A stretch of 64,000 bases of DNA, from positions 128,001 to 192,000 of the forward strand of contig CAWCFX010000003.1 in assembly GCA_963795085.1 (NCBI GenBank). The letters are read 5' to 3'. Shown one piece after another: positions 18,533 to 29,818 of the stretch. The notes below the pieces were generated by a model. The model saw only the letters and a list, made by a program, of their open reading frames with translations, did not search any database and was not told the origin of the DNA. Source of the DNA: an uncultured Gemmatimonadales bacterium. Lineage in GTDB: Bacteria > Gemmatimonadota > Gemmatimonadetes > Gemmatimonadales > GWC2-71-9. Numbering within the stretch: position 1 is the stretch's first letter; each line of letters starts with the position of its first letter. The position numbers were made by a program, and so were the translations under genes.

Positions 18533-20106
18533 GGCCGGATAGCGTCGAGCCGGAACCGGGCGACTCCCCCGTCGGTGGCCACCCAGAGAAACTGGTCATC
18601 CGCGGCGACGTCGAGAGGATTTCCCGGAATGTCGGTGGGGGCGTAGAAGATCCGGACCGGCATGGCGTTGAAGGGGACGAAGGCGACCCCCCGTTCGGCG
18701 GCCACCCAGAGTCCACCGTCCCCGCTGGTGAAGGCGCGGAGCCGGCCCAGCGACGCGGAGATGGTCGGGCCCAGCCACCAGCTCTTGAGCCGCCCATCGC
18801 GCCAGATGACGCGGTCTTCGGTGAGTCCCACCAGCGTGTCGGCATGCCACCCGATGGCCACCACCGGCTCGGCCAGCGCCGCGACGGTACTGAGTTCCTG
18901 GGGCAGCAGCAGGTTGGGTTCGTTCTCCAGCGCGATCCGCAGGCCCCGCGGGGTTCCCACCCACACGGTGTCGGCTCCGGCGGAGAGCCCCAGGGCATAC
19001 ACCGGCTCCACATACTCCGGCGCCAGCGGCGCCAGGCGCTCCCCCCGGAGCACCGACACGCCGCGCGCCGTCCCGGCGACCAGGGTGCCCCGGCGGGCCG
19101 CGAGGGAATAGACCCGGTTATCGGCCAGGCCATCGCCCTCATCGAGCATGGCAATGTCCCCGTTATCAGGATTCACCCTGGTGAGGCCGGCGTCGGTCGC
19201 CAGCCAGAGATCGCGATTGAGACCGATGATCCGGCGCACCCGGGAGAATGGCAGGCCGAAGCCGGGCTGCCCCTGCAGCCAGGTGAACCCGCTGAGATCG
19301 GAGGCAACGAAGGTCAGGGCGGAGGTGGCGATATTGGTGCGATCGGTGGAGACCCAGACCCCGCCCGGAGCGCTGAAGAGGGCACTGGCCAGAGACCCGG
19401 GCAGGCCGAAGGTGAGCCGGTCCGGGATGATCCCGCCTTCCTGCAGGTAGAGCAGGCCTACCCCCTCGGTCCCGAGGTACCAGCCTAACCCGTCGAAGGA
19501 GCGTGCGGCGGCGGTGAAACGGGCGGCCGAGAGCCGGTTATCGAGCAGGACCTGGGCGCTCACGCTCTGGAGGGAGGGGTTGGCGCGGATGGCGTCCTGC
19601 ACCGACGTGGGGCGGAGGGGGCGCACCGGCGCGTTACCGGGGAGAGCGGCGAGTCCGCCGCGGGGGACGAGGTACCAACTGCCGCCGCTTCGCAGGTAAA
19701 GCCCATCGGCCGGCGCGTTCAGATCGAAGGCGATCTCCTGCACCCCCTGGGGCACCCGCCCCTGGTCCCACAGGCGGATATTGGGGTCGTAGTGGACCCA
19801 GCCATCCACCCGGGCGAGCCAGAGCGAATTATCGAGCGGATCCACCATGGCGGCGAAGACCCGGTCCAGGGTGCCCGGTTCCGGAGGAGTGACGGGTCCG
19901 GACCAGCGGCGAAACTGGGGATTCCAGATAAGCAGCCCGCTGGGGGACACCGCATAGACCCGGTCCTGCGCCGCGGCCACCGCCGACACCCGGGTAAAAT
20001 CGCCGATGACCGTGCGATCCTCGGGGGCCCAGTCCCTGCCCCGCGACTGGGCCAGGGCGGTGCCGGAGGCCAGGGCGGTCAGCAGGAGCAGGGTCGCGCG
20101 GATCAT
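18529..20106 (-). CDS. Secreted hypothetical protein, probable beta-propeller
   Basis: Signal peptide; repeated LWxATxxGL-like motifs and GLADNRVYSL resembling regulator-propeller repeats. Confidence 0.7.
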   Translation of the reverse strand: MIRATLLLLTALASGTALAQSRGRDWAPEDRTVIGDFTRVSAVAAAQDRVYAVSPSGLLIWNPQFRRWSGPVTPPEPGTLDRVFAAMVDPLDNSLWLARVDGWVHYDPNIRLWDQGRVPQGVQEIAFDLNAPADGLYLRSGGSWYLVPRGGLAALPGNAPVRPLRPTSVQDAIRANPSLQSVSAQVLLDNRLSAARFTAAARSFDGLGWYLGTEGVGLLYLQEGGIIPDRLTFGLPGSLASALFSAPGGVWVSTDRTNIATSALTFVASDLSGFTWLQGQPGFGLPFSRVRRIIGLNRDLWLATDAGLTRVNPDNGDIAMLDEGDGLADNRVYSLAARRGTLVAGTARGVSVLRGERLAPLAPEYVEPVYALGLSAGADTVWVGTPRGLRIALENEPNLLLPQELSTVAALAEPVVAIGWHADTLVGLTEDRVIWRDGRLKSWWLGPTISASLGRLRAFTSGDGGLWVAAERGVAFVPFNAMPVRIFYAPTDIPGNPLDVAADDQFLWVATDGGVARFRLDAIRP

Positions 20107-20115
20107 GCGGGGAAG

Positions 20116-21666
20116 TTAATAGAGTCGAGGGACGTCGAGCTCCAGCAGGACCGGGATGCGGGGGACAGCGGGGGCGACCCGCTCCACCTCCCAGGCGCGC
20201 CAGACGTCGGGCAGGGCGGCGATGACATCCAGTGGGCGGAGCGAGCGGGCGCCGGTGCGGCGAGCGGCGAAGTCGGCGGCTCGGCCCAGCGCCTGGGCGC
20301 CCGCCGCCGCGGCCGCCCGGGGCGCGAGGCCCTGGGCCAGGAGGCCGCCGATCAGTCCGCTCAGCAGATCCCCGCTCCCGCCAGTGGCAAGCCCGGGGTT
20401 GCCCGCGGCGATGCTCACCAGGGTCCCGTCGGGGCTCGCCACGACGGTCGGCACGCCTTTCAGCAACACTGTCGAGCCCGACTCACTGGCGGCGCCCGCC
20501 GCGGCCAGCCACGGGTTGGTCTCCGGCTGGCCCGCATGCCCGGGAAAGAGGGTGCGAAATTCGCCATGATGGGGGGTGAGCACGATGTTGCGCCCGTCGG
20601 CGAGCCCCTTGAGGCCATCCGATTTTCCCTGGAGCATCGTGAGTCCGTCGGCGTCGATGACGGCGCGCCGAGCCAGCCGCACCACGGCCAGGATGAACTC
20701 GGCGGCACCGGGATGGCGGCCCAGTCCGGGACCGATGACCACGGCGTCGGCTTTCTCGAGGAGGGAGGCCAGGTCATCCGACAGGGGGAGCTCGAGCCCG
20801 TGTTCCCGCGTCTGCAAGTCCGGCTCCGCGGTGATCAGAGCCGCCACCGATGGGGACGGTGCTACCGCGTGCACCAGCCCGGCCCCGGCGCCGAAGGCGG
20901 CCCGCGCGGCCATCCGGACCGCACCGCTCATCCCGGTGTTGCCCCCCACGATGACGACCCGGCCGCGATCTCCCTTGTGGCTCGCGGCGCGAAAGGGCGG
21001 CAGCATCAGGGCGGCCCCCCGGTCAGACAAGAGGATGGGCCAGGCCGGGTCGGCCGGGGGGTGGCCGATGTCCACGACCACGATGATGCCCGCCTCGTCC
21101 CGCGCGAGGAGGTGTCCCCGGCGGATGCCGCCGAACGTGATGCTCATGTCGGCGCGCGTCGGAAGGTACGCGACGCCCGTTTCCAGATCGAGGCCGGTAG
21201 GGCCATCGATGGCCACGACGGGCACCGCGAGGTCCGCCAGACGTTCGACCAGCGACGCGACCGGCGGGCGGGGCGTCCCCCGGGCGCCGGTCCCGAGCAG
21301 CGCGTCCACCGCCAGACCGGCGTTGGGCCAGGGGCCGTCACCCTGGACGGTCCGGACTCCGGCGGCCCTCGCGATTGAAGCCATCTGCCCCTGCAGCGGG
21401 GTGCCCTCCCCCGGCACCGGCGCCACCCACACCGGGATACCCGCCTGGTGCAGCGCGCGGGCGGCCACCCAACCGTCCCCGCCGTTGTGGCCCAGCCCGG
21501 CCGCCACCAGCACCCCATCGGACAGGTGCTCCCGGAAGCGCTGGGTCATCACCGCTGCCACGGCGCGGCCGGCCGATTCCATGAGCGTGGCGGGGGCGAT
21601 GCCCAGGGCCTCGGCAGACCGATCCCAATCCCGGCTGTGCGAGGGCGAGAGGACGGGAATGGGCAT
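20116..21666 (-). CDS. nnr: Bifunctional NAD(P)H-hydrate epimerase/dehydratase
   Basis: LMESAG, GHNGGDG, DALLGTG, HKGDRG, IGPGLG, DADG, LTPHHGEF, LATGGSGD. Confidence 0.93.
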   Translation of the reverse strand: MPIPVLSPSHSRDWDRSAEALGIAPATLMESAGRAVAAVMTQRFREHLSDGVLVAAGLGHNGGDGWVAARALHQAGIPVWVAPVPGEGTPLQGQMASIARAAGVRTVQGDGPWPNAGLAVDALLGTGARGTPRPPVASLVERLADLAVPVVAIDGPTGLDLETGVAYLPTRADMSITFGGIRRGHLLARDEAGIIVVVDIGHPPADPAWPILLSDRGAALMLPPFRAASHKGDRGRVVIVGGNTGMSGAVRMAARAAFGAGAGLVHAVAPSPSVAALITAEPDLQTREHGLELPLSDDLASLLEKADAVVIGPGLGRHPGAAEFILAVVRLARRAVIDADGLTMLQGKSDGLKGLADGRNIVLTPHHGEFRTLFPGHAGQPETNPWLAAAGAASESGSTVLLKGVPTVVASPDGTLVSIAAGNPGLATGGSGDLLSGLIGGLLAQGLAPRAAAAAGAQALGRAADFAARRTGARSLRPLDVIAALPDVWRAWEVERVAPAVPRIPVLLELDVPRLY

Positions 21667-21787
21667 CAGGCAGCGAGCGGTGAACGAGAAGTGAGACGGG
21701 CGGCGCCAACCATCAGGCGTGACCGGAGACGGGTGAGGTGACCAGTGACCGTATTCACCTCGCGCTTCTTGCGCTCACTCGCACGCG

Positions 21788-21985
21788 TTACTTGTGGCTG
21801 GGACCCACGGTACGGCCGAGGGAGATCTCGCCGTTGTCGATCCGGAGATTGAAACCGCACTCCGGGTTGGTGCAGACCCAGGCCTTGTACATGATCGGCG
21901 CGCCATCCCGCCCGTAGTCGGACAGGGGAATCAGCACGCCGTGACTGCACTTGCGGCACTCGGGCCACGCGCGTCCTTCCATCAT
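21788..21985 (-). CDS. Small zinc-ribbon-like hypothetical protein
   Basis: CRKC...CTNPEC; RBS GGGAGG. Confidence 0.75.
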   Translation of the reverse strand: MMEGRAWPECRKCSHGVLIPLSDYGRDGAPIMYKAWVCTNPECGFNLRIDNGEISLGRTVGPSHK

Positions 21986-22000
21986 ACCCTCCCTGCCGGC

Positions 22001-22387
22001 TCAGGCGCCGGCGACTCTATCCCATATATGGTCGGCGCTGAAAGCGTCGGTAAACTGGTACACGTTCAGGAAATCCTCGAGCCGATCCTCGGGCTGGGTC
22101 ATGAGAAGGCCCACGTCCACCAGCGCGAACACGATGCGGCCAAAGTCCTCGGTGCTGGTGATCTTCCAGTAATCCAGGACGGCCGGCGCCAGCAGGCCGA
22201 ACTGCCGAATGGCCAGGTCGCGGCAGGCCCAGGCCAGTTCCGCGCCGGTCACGTGGCGGCGGGCCGGCAACTGGGTCTGGATGTATTCTATCCCTGCCAG
22301 GACGAAGAAGTATGCCCGCTCGGGATACCGCGGCTCCCGGGCGAGGATCCGATCGAGCATCCCTTCGGCGAACTGCAGGTCATTCAT
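22001..22387 (-). CDS. Minf_1886-like family protein (unknown function)
   Basis: [10 protein letters not shown]...RRHVTGAEL...QFGLLA...[13 protein letters not shown] pattern recalled for this family; overlaps the glyA stop. Confidence 0.7.
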   Translation of the reverse strand: MNDLQFAEGMLDRILAREPRYPERAYFFVLAGIEYIQTQLPARRHVTGAELAWACRDLAIRQFGLLAPAVLDYWKITSTEDFGRIVFALVDVGLLMTQPEDRLEDFLNVYQFTDAFSADHIWDRVAGA

Positions 22388-23655
22388 ACCGGCGCGCCCG
22401 CGCCCTGGCCGTAGAGGGGAAACGCGGCGGCGAGTTCTTCGACATCGCGTTTCACCGCTTCGATGGTGGGCTCGTCGTCCGGCCGGGTCAGCACCCGGTC
22501 GATGAGTGCGGCAATACGGGTCATTTCGGCCGGGCCCATGCCCCGGGTCGTGAGCGCCGGCGTCCCCAAACGAATGCCGCTGGTCACGAAGGGCGACTGG
22601 GGATCGTCGGGAATGGTGTTCTTGTTGACGGTGATGCCGGCACGGTCGAGCGCCTTCTCCGCCACCTTGCCGGTCAGACCCTTGGGACGCAGGTCGACCA
22701 GCATCAGGTGGGTGTCGGTGCCGCCGGAGACGATGGCGAAACCGTGGTCGATCAGCCCCGCCGCCAGCGCCTTGGCATTGAGAACGATGGTGCCGGCATA
22801 GTCCCGGAACTCGGGCTCCAGGGCTTCGAGGAAGGCTACCGCCTTGGCGGCGATCACGTGCTCCAGGGGGCCGCCCTGGGCGCCGGGGAATACCGATTTG
22901 TCCACCGCCTTGGCGAGTTCGGCCCCGCAGAGAATAAGCCCGCCGCGGGGGCCGCGGAGTGTCTTGTGGGTGGTACTGGTGACGAGGTGCGCGTGGGGCA
23001 CCGGCGACGGGTACACCCCGCCGGCCACCAGCCCGGCAAAATGCGCCATGTCCACCAGCAGCAGGGCTCCGACCTCGTCGGCGATGGACCGGAAGATGCC
23101 GAAATCGATGAACCGGGCATAGGCACTGCCGCCGGCCACGAGAAGCCGGGGGCGGTCCTTGCGGGCCTGGGCTCGGACCGCCTCGTAGTCGATCCGGCCC
23201 GAGGCAGGATCTACGCCGTAGTGGGTCGCCCGCCAGATGACCCCGCTGTGGTTGACCGAGGCCCCGTGGGAGAGATGGCCGCCATGGGGCAGCGACATGC
23301 CGAGGAGCGGCTCTCCCGGCTGCAGGACGGCCATGAAGGCCGCGAAGTTAGCCTGGGCGCCCGAGTGCGGCTGCACGTTGGCGTGTTCCGCCTGGAAGAG
23401 CCGCTTCAGCCGGTCGATGGCGATCTGTTCGACCTGGTCCACGACCTCGCACCCGCCGTAGTACCGGCGGCCGGGATATCCCTCGGCGTACTTGTTGGTG
23501 AGCGGGGTACCCATGGCCTCCAGGACGGCCCGGCTGGCGAAGTTCTCGCTGGCGATGAGTTCGAGGCCCTGCTGCTGCCGGGCGACTTCCTGCTGGACCA
23601 GCCCCGCGATGGTGGGGTCGGCGGCGCGGAGCGGGGCTTCGTGGTCGAACGTCAT
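22384..23655 (-). CDS. glyA: Serine hydroxymethyltransferase
   Basis: [37 protein letters not shown]. Confidence 0.99.
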   Translation of the reverse strand: MTFDHEAPLRAADPTIAGLVQQEVARQQQGLELIASENFASRAVLEAMGTPLTNKYAEGYPGRRYYGGCEVVDQVEQIAIDRLKRLFQAEHANVQPHSGAQANFAAFMAVLQPGEPLLGMSLPHGGHLSHGASVNHSGVIWRATHYGVDPASGRIDYEAVRAQARKDRPRLLVAGGSAYARFIDFGIFRSIADEVGALLLVDMAHFAGLVAGGVYPSPVPHAHLVTSTTHKTLRGPRGGLILCGAELAKAVDKSVFPGAQGGPLEHVIAAKAVAFLEALEPEFRDYAGTIVLNAKALAAGLIDHGFAIVSGGTDTHLMLVDLRPKGLTGKVAEKALDRAGITVNKNTIPDDPQSPFVTSGIRLGTPALTTRGMGPAEMTRIAALIDRVLTRPDDEPTIEAVKRDVEELAAAFPLYGQGAGAPV

Positions 23656-24098
23656 GATGGCGTCGCTTTCTCGATCTTTTCGACCCGCCGGGCGTGGCGG
23701 CCGCCTTCGAACTTTGTCTCCAGCCAGCGGCGCAGGATCTCGACGCCCTGTTCCTCGCTCACGAACCGCGCCGGGACCACCAGTACGTTGGCGTCGTTAT
23801 GGCTCCGGGCCAGTTCGGCCACTTCGGGCGTCCATGCCACCGCCGCGCGAACCCCGGAGTGCCGGTTGGCGGCATAGGCCATGCCGAGCCCGGTGCCACA
23901 CAACAGGACGCCGCGGCGGGCCTCGCCGCGTTCGACCTGGTCCGCCACCGAGTGGGCAAAGTCAGGATAGTCAACCGAGTCTGCGGAGGTGGTCCCCACG
24001 TCGAGCGGCTGGAACCCGAGCGCGGCCAGTTCCCGGACCAGGCGCTGCTTGAGGTCGAACCCCGCGTGATCGGCACCGATTGGAATGATCTCAGCCAT
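23652..24098 (-). CDS. rpiB: Ribose 5-phosphate isomerase B
   Basis: [33 protein letters not shown]. Confidence 0.97.
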   Translation of the reverse strand: MAEIIPIGADHAGFDLKQRLVRELAALGFQPLDVGTTSADSVDYPDFAHSVADQVERGEARRGVLLCGTGLGMAYAANRHSGVRAAVAWTPEVAELARSHNDANVLVVPARFVSEEQGVEILRRWLETKFEGGRHARRVEKIEKATPS

Positions 24099-24145
24099 GC
24101 TGGAATCTAGGGCCTGGTGGAAGGAGGCGAAAGGAAACGGGGACC

Positions 24146-25210
24146 TTACCGGTCCCCGACGTAGATCTGGTTGAGGTGGGAAACCCGGGCGATCCGCTCC
24201 TCGGCCAGCCGGTCAGCCGCCAGGGAGGTGGGGATGCCGTCCCGCTCGGCGACGGCAAACACCGAGAGAATGGTTTCGTAGATTTCGCCGGCCTTGCGCT
24301 TGGCGCGGTCGATCTCCCAGCCCTGGACTTCGCCGTACACGTTGATCAGGCCGCCGCCGTTGATCACGTAATCAGGAGCGTAGGACAACCCGCGCTTTTC
24401 CAGTTCTTCGCCGTGGCGCTCCTCGGCCAGCTGGTTGTTGGCGCCCCCGGCGATGATCTCGACCTTGAGCCGCTTGAGGGTGTCGTCGTTGATGCCGCCG
24501 CCCAGCGCGTTGGGGGAAAAGATGTCCGCTTTCTGGTCGTAGATCTCTTCCGGCTTGACCGGGGTGGCCCCGGTGTCCTCCACGACCCGTTTCACTTTGT
24601 CGGCATCGATGTCGGTTGCGATCAGGCGGACGCCCTCCTCCCGCAGGTGCTTCATCAGGTAATAGCCGACCTTGCCGCACCCCTGCACCGCCACCGTCTT
24701 CCCGGTGAGGCTGTCGCTGCCCCAGCGGGCCCGGGCCGCCGCTTTCATGCCCATATAGACCCCGTACCCGGTGACCGGCGAGGGGTCGCCGGAAAGGCCG
24801 TGGAGTCCGGCGACGTGGGTGGTCTCCATCCGGACGAATTCCATGTCGTTGGGACTGGTGCCGACGTCTTCCGCCGTGATGTAGCGCCCGCCCAGCGATT
24901 CCACGAACCGCCCGTGAGCCCGGAACACCGCCTCCCGGTCCTTGCGCTTGTTGTCGCCGATGATGACCGATTTACCGCCGCCCAGGTTGAGCCCGGCGAC
25001 GGCGGCCTTGTACGTCATGCCCCGCGCCAGCCGCAGCGCGTCGGTGATGGCTTCATCGGTGCTGCCATAATTCCAGAACCGGGTCCCTCCGAGCGAGGGC
25101 CCCAGCGTGGTGTCGTGGACGGCGATAATGCCGAAGTAGTCGCAGGAGGGCTCGTGGCAGAGCACCACCTGTTCATGACCGAACTGCTTCATTTCCCGAA
25201 AGGCGTCCAT
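24146..25210 (-). CDS. Leu/Phe/Val dehydrogenase
   Basis: LGPSLGGTR, GMTYK, GGGKSVI, YITAEDVGT, VQGCGKVG, GGANNQL. Confidence 0.95.
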   Translation of the reverse strand: MDAFREMKQFGHEQVVLCHEPSCDYFGIIAVHDTTLGPSLGGTRFWNYGSTDEAITDALRLARGMTYKAAVAGLNLGGGKSVIIGDNKRKDREAVFRAHGRFVESLGGRYITAEDVGTSPNDMEFVRMETTHVAGLHGLSGDPSPVTGYGVYMGMKAAARARWGSDSLTGKTVAVQGCGKVGYYLMKHLREEGVRLIATDIDADKVKRVVEDTGATPVKPEEIYDQKADIFSPNALGGGINDDTLKRLKVEIIAGGANNQLAEERHGEELEKRGLSYAPDYVINGGGLINVYGEVQGWEIDRAKRKAGEIYETILSVFAVAERDGIPTSLAADRLAEERIARVSHLNQIYVGDR

Positions 25211-25259
25211 GGCCGTTCCTCGTGTGGGGCCAGCAGGGAGTCATGGCGAATGGCCATGG

Positions 25260-26102
25260 CTAATAGGTGTAGAAGCCTCGTCCCGTTTTCCGTCCCAGCT
25301 GTCCCGCCGCGACCATCCGGCGGAGCAGCGGGCAGGGCCGGTACTTGTCGTCGCCGAGGCCGCGGTGCAGCACTTCCAGGATGGCGAGGCAGGTGTCCAG
25401 GCCGATGAGATCGGCCAGCGTGAGCGGGCCCATTGGATGGGCCATGCCCAGTTTCATGACGGTGTCGATCGCCTCCGGGCTGGCTACCCCTTCCATGACG
25501 CAGAAGATGGCCTCGTTGACCATCGGCATCAGTACCCGGTTGGAGACGAACCCGGGATAGTCGTTGACCTCCACCGGTGTCTTGCCCAGCGCCCTGGCGG
25601 TTTCCATCACCGTCCGGGTCGTGAGCGGGTCGGTGGCCTGCCCCCGGATGACCTCGACCAGCTGCATCACCGGGACCGGGTTCATGAAGTGCATCCCAAT
25701 CACCTTTTCAGGCCGGCCGGTCCGTGCCGCGATCTCGGTGATCGAGATCGAACTGGTATTGGTCGCGAGGACGGCACCCGGTGCGGCGAGTCGGTCCAGG
25801 TCCTGGAACAGGGCAAACTTGAGTTCGCTCCGCTCGCTGGCCGCCTCGACCACCAGCGACGCCCCGGCCACCGCATCGAGGGCGGTGGTGGTCGCGATGC
25901 GGGGAGGAACCGCGGCGGCCGCCTCGACCGTGAGGGTTCCCTTCTTGACCATGCGGTCCAGGTTTGCCTGGATGGTGGCGGTGGCCCTGGCCAGGGCCGC
26001 CTCGGCGACGTCCACCAGGGTCACGTTCCATTCGTACTGGGCGAAGACCTGGGCGATCCCGTTGCCCATGGTGCCACTGCCGATCACCGCAACTTGTTTC
26101 AT
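25260..26102 (-). CDS. hbd: 3-hydroxybutyryl-CoA dehydrogenase
   Basis: [38 protein letters not shown]. Confidence 0.93.
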   Translation of the reverse strand: MKQVAVIGSGTMGNGIAQVFAQYEWNVTLVDVAEAALARATATIQANLDRMVKKGTLTVEAAAAVPPRIATTTALDAVAGASLVVEAASERSELKFALFQDLDRLAAPGAVLATNTSSISITEIAARTGRPEKVIGMHFMNPVPVMQLVEVIRGQATDPLTTRTVMETARALGKTPVEVNDYPGFVSNRVLMPMVNEAIFCVMEGVASPEAIDTVMKLGMAHPMGPLTLADLIGLDTCLAILEVLHRGLGDDKYRPCPLLRRMVAAGQLGRKTGRGFYTY

Positions 26103-26114
26103 GACGTCATCCGG

Positions 26115-27023
26115 CTAGGGCCGGGGCTCCGGGTCCGGGGAAGAATGCAGCAGGTACAACCGGGCGGCGACGACCGTGGCCAGTCCCAGCACTATGGTGG
26201 CGAGTACCCCGCCTTCGGGACCGAAGGCTCCGCCGGTCAGCCAGACGGGGTGGCCCGGGTCGTAGTCCAGGGACGGAATGTTGAGCGCCAGTCCGCTGAC
26301 CGGCGCGTCGAGGGCCGCAAGCGCCCAGTTCCATCCGAGATGCAGGCCGCTGGCCGTCCAGATCCCGCCGGGGGCAAAGAATACCACGCCGAGAAGCAGG
26401 CCGGCGATGCAGATGTTGCCGATGCTCAGCGTGGTAACCGACGGGTTCGCCGAGTGAGTAAGGGCAAACGCCAGCGCGGTGATGCCGACCGCGACGCCGC
26501 GGCCGTAGGCCCGATCCAGCACCACCATCGGCGCGCCGCGGAACATCAACTCCTCGGCCAGTGCCGCCGGGGCCAGCATGACCAGGATGAACAGTACCCG
26601 ACCGGCGTAGTCCGCCAGACCGCCCTCGTCCGCCACCCAGCGCGCGCTGCCGAGCAGGGGTGCCAGCGCCATGGCCAGGCCGGCCAGCAGGGCTCCCGCG
26701 GCAAACGCCGCCAGGGCGCCGCGCGCCGGCCGCCCGGTGCCCCGCCAGCGGAGATCCACGGGCGAGAGTCCGAAGACCCGGCGGCCGATGAAGAGATTGG
26801 CCACGACGAAGCCCGCACTGATGGCGATACCGACGAGAAAGATCGCGCCGGTGGCCTGGTCCCGGGCCCAGGCCGCGACCGGATCGCCGGCCCAGGTAGC
26901 CGCCGTGAACAGCAGGATCGCCGCAACCTGGGCCAGCGAGTATCCCAGCAGGCCGTACGCCAATATCCCGATGATTACCCGGACGAGCGGTGGCCGGGCC
27001 GCAGGGGCTGCCGGACCGTTCAA
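26115..27023 (-). CDS. CPBP/Abi family intramembrane metalloprotease
   Basis: EELMFRG, FALTH, LHLGWN motifs; TTG start overlaps the bioY stop. Confidence 0.85.
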   Translation of the reverse strand: MNGPAAPAARPPLVRVIIGILAYGLLGYSLAQVAAILLFTAATWAGDPVAAWARDQATGAIFLVGIAISAGFVVANLFIGRRVFGLSPVDLRWRGTGRPARGALAAFAAGALLAGLAMALAPLLGSARWVADEGGLADYAGRVLFILVMLAPAALAEELMFRGAPMVVLDRAYGRGVAVGITALAFALTHSANPSVTTLSIGNICIAGLLLGVVFFAPGGIWTASGLHLGWNWALAALDAPVSGLALNIPSLDYDPGHPVWLTGGAFGPEGGVLATIVLGLATVVAARLYLLHSSPDPEPRP

Positions 27024-27595
27024 GCTTCGCGGGGGCTGCCCGGGCGGAGTCGGGACACCACCAGGGCCGCCAGCGCGACCTTGACCAGGTCGGCTACGAT
27101 GAGGGGCGTGGTGGCGCGGAAGGGAAGGTCCAGGCTCCCGGTGAGCAGTGAGAGCTGGGCTATTCCCCCGAGATGAATCATCACCATGCCAGCCAAAGCG
27201 GCCAGGGCACAGCGTCCGAGCTGGTGCCGACGGGCGAGGGCGCCGACGAGGGCCGCGCCGACCGGGAATGCCAGCAGGTAGCCGCCGGTCGGCCCGAGGA
27301 GCCACGCGGCCCCGGCCCGGCCTCCGGCGAAGACGGGGAGGCCGGCCATCCCCAGCGCGAGGTACAGCACCAGCGCGGCGGCCCCGCCCCGGGCGCCGAG
27401 GATGCCGCCGACCAGCAGCACCGCGAGTCCCTGCAGCGTGACCGGTACCGGGGACCCCGGCAGGCCAATCGCAAATTGGGCCGAGACCGCGACCACCACG
27501 GCGCCGAGGGCGATGGCCAGGGCGCGCTTCCGGGTGAGCAAAGCGGCGCGGGAGTCTGTACCGGCCAGCGCCGGGGTTGTTGGGGACGACGACAT
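27020..27595 (-). CDS. bioY: Biotin transporter BioY
   Basis: PVPVTLQ, YLALGMAGLPVFAGG, GPTGGYLLAF. Confidence 0.92.
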   Translation of the reverse strand: MSSSPTTPALAGTDSRAALLTRKRALAIALGAVVVAVSAQFAIGLPGSPVPVTLQGLAVLLVGGILGARGGAAALVLYLALGMAGLPVFAGGRAGAAWLLGPTGGYLLAFPVGAALVGALARRHQLGRCALAALAGMVMIHLGGIAQLSLLTGSLDLPFRATTPLIVADLVKVALAALVVSRLRPGSPREA

Positions 27596-28782
27596 CAGTC
27601 TCTCTCCACGGTAAGGGCCACAGCGTTTCCGCCACCCAGGCACAAGGTCGCCAGACCGGTGGAGGCGTCCCGGTCTTTCATTCCATAGATCAGGGTCGTC
27701 AGCACCCGGGCGCCGCTGGCGCCGATCGGGTGCCCCAGCGCGACCGCGCCGCCATTCACGTTGACGCGGTCCCAATCCCAGTTGAGCCCCCGGCCATCGG
27801 CCAGGGCCTGCACCGCGAAGGCCTCGTTGGCTTCGATCAGGTCATAGTCGCCGATGCTGGTGCCGGCCTTGGCCATGAGATTCTGGACCGCGATGATCGG
27901 CGCGAAGAAGAGATCGCGGGGTTCTCCTCCGCCGGTGGCATAGTGCGTGATGCGGGCCATGACCTCGAGGCCGTGCGATTCGGCGAAGGCCTGGGAGGTC
28001 ACCAGCAGCGCACTCGCCCCGTCGTTGAGGCCCGGCGCGTTGCCGGCGGTCACGGTGCCTTCCTTGCGAAAAACGGGCTTGAGTTTGGCCAGCGTGTCCG
28101 GGGTGGTGTCCCTGCGGGGCGATTCGTCCTCGGCGACCACGGTGGGGCCGCCTTTTCCTTTTACCTCGACCGGAAGAATCTCGGCCGCGAACTTCCGGGT
28201 TTCGGCGGCGGTGACCGCCTTCCGGTGGCTCTGGCAGGCGAACTCGTCCTGCTCCTTCCGGCTGATCCCTGCTTTTTCCGCGGTGTATTCGGCGTACTCG
28301 CCCATGTGATTACCGCCAAAAGAGTCCCAGAGCCCGTCGTGGATCATGCCATCCACCATCGTCTGGTTGCCGGCCTTGATGCCGTTCCGCATGCCGTAGA
28401 CGTAGTGAGGTGCGCTGGACATGGATTCCTGTCCGCCGGCCACGATACAGTGGGCGTCCCCGGCCTTGATGGCCTGGGCGGCCAGCATCACGGCCTTGAG
28501 GCCCGACCCGCAGACCTTGTTGATGGTAAGCGCGGAGATGGCACCAGGCAGGCCGGCGTGGATCATGGCCTGGCGGGCCGGCGCCTGCCCGGACCCGCCC
28601 TGGACTACCTGGCCCATGATGACTTCATCGATGGACTTTGCGTCCACCCCCGCCCGGGCCACCGCCTCGCGGATCACCATGGCGCCGAGCTGGGGGGCCG
28701 TGAAGGGACTGAGACCGCCGAGATAGCGCCCGATGGGCGTACGAACGGCAGACACGATGACGGGGGTTGTGGCTGGATTCAC
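27595..28782 (-). CDS. Acetyl-CoA C-acetyltransferase (thiolase)
   Basis: [31 protein letters not shown]. Confidence 0.97.
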   Translation of the reverse strand: MNPATTPVIVSAVRTPIGRYLGGLSPFTAPQLGAMVIREAVARAGVDAKSIDEVIMGQVVQGGSGQAPARQAMIHAGLPGAISALTINKVCGSGLKAVMLAAQAIKAGDAHCIVAGGQESMSSAPHYVYGMRNGIKAGNQTMVDGMIHDGLWDSFGGNHMGEYAEYTAEKAGISRKEQDEFACQSHRKAVTAAETRKFAAEILPVEVKGKGGPTVVAEDESPRRDTTPDTLAKLKPVFRKEGTVTAGNAPGLNDGASALLVTSQAFAESHGLEVMARITHYATGGGEPRDLFFAPIIAVQNLMAKAGTSIGDYDLIEANEAFAVQALADGRGLNWDWDRVNVNGGAVALGHPIGASGARVLTTLIYGMKDRDASTGLATLCLGGGNAVALTVERD

Positions 28783-28852
28783 CGGGACCTTGCAAGTTTG
28801 TGACGGGCGGAAAACTAACCCCGGTCGCGGTGGGACGAAACGGCGGGGGGAA

Positions 28853-29101
28853 TCAGGAAAGATCGAACGTGGGAATCTCTTCGACCGCTTCCACCAGGAC
28901 GATGGGGCAGGGATCGTCGGGGCCGTTGAGGGGCTCCCGCAATTCAGGCTCCTGGTAAATCAGCTCGAGGGCCTGTTCTGCCGCCAGCTCTCCCGTCGGG
29001 GCCTGGATGACCCGGGTGGTGACAAAGCTCTGGATCTCGCGGGTGCCACCCACCTGGCGAAGAATGTTGCGGCCCAGCAACCGCACCCGGTAGTAAGCCA
29101 T
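28853..29101 (-). CDS. Small hypothetical protein
   Basis: Protein-like ORF whose start overlaps the upstream stop. Confidence 0.6.
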   Translation of the reverse strand: MAYYRVRLLGRNILRQVGGTREIQSFVTTRVIQAPTGELAAEQALELIYQEPELREPLNGPDDPCPIVLVEAVEEIPTFDLS

Positions 29102-29391
29102 CAGACGAGATAGGCCAGGACAGCCGCGCCGGCCGCGAGCAGGCCACCGGTGATGAGCGGGGACGGGGAACGGTCCACCGCCCAGAACAGGCCGCCGGCC
29201 AGCGCCCCGTACACGATGATGTGCAGCAGGACGCCGGCCGGCGGACGCAGGGCCCGGACTTCGAGGAAGACCAGCAACCCGGTGAGGACCACGGTGGCCG
29301 GCCAGGGTCGGTGATACCGGCGCACCAGCAACCCGAGCAACAGGACCGCCACCGCGATGGCGAGGTCGCCGGGGCCCCGCAGGTGGTCCAT
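29101..29391 (-). CDS. Small membrane protein
   Basis: Four short hydrophobic segments; RBS GGGAGG. Confidence 0.65.
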   Translation of the reverse strand: MDHLRGPGDLAIAVAVLLLGLLVRRYHRPWPATVVLTGLLVFLEVRALRPPAGVLLHIIVYGALAGGLFWAVDRSPSPLITGGLLAAGAAVLAYLV

Positions 29392-29406
29392 GCGCCCTCC
29401 CGCCGG

Positions 29407-29790
29407 CTAGAACGCCGGACGCACCGAGCGCATGGGATACTTGATCTTTTCCTTGCCCAGCGCGGTGCCCTTGTTCCGCAGCGAGTCGAGGCCGAAGTAC
29501 AGCAGGCCGCGGACCTTCTGGCCGTGGGCGATGATTTCATCGTCCTCGCAGCCGGTCGCGGAGCTGAGATATTCCATCAGCTCCTTTCGCTTCTTCGCGT
29601 TCTTGGCGGGGAGCTTCTCCGCGGTCACGATGTAGGTCGCGCAGTCGAATGCGCTCTCGAACTCGACGTCCAGCGGGCCGTAGGCCGGGCTGGTGACTTC
29701 GTCCAGCAGCCCCCCGAAGGGTACCTGGGCCGCGCGTTCGCGCTTCTCCGCCTGCTTGGAATCCTTGACCGCCTGTCGTGTCTCACTCAT
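29407..29790 (-). CDS. Hypothetical protein
   Basis: RBS GGAGG; protein-like composition; directly downstream of thrS. Confidence 0.75.
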   Translation of the reverse strand: MSETRQAVKDSKQAEKRERAAQVPFGGLLDEVTSPAYGPLDVEFESAFDCATYIVTAEKLPAKNAKKRKELMEYLSSATGCEDDEIIAHGQKVRGLLYFGLDSLRNKGTALGKEKIKYPMRSVRPAF

Positions 29791-29818
29791 GTCCTGCCTC
29801 CAGTTGAGCGTGCGCGCC

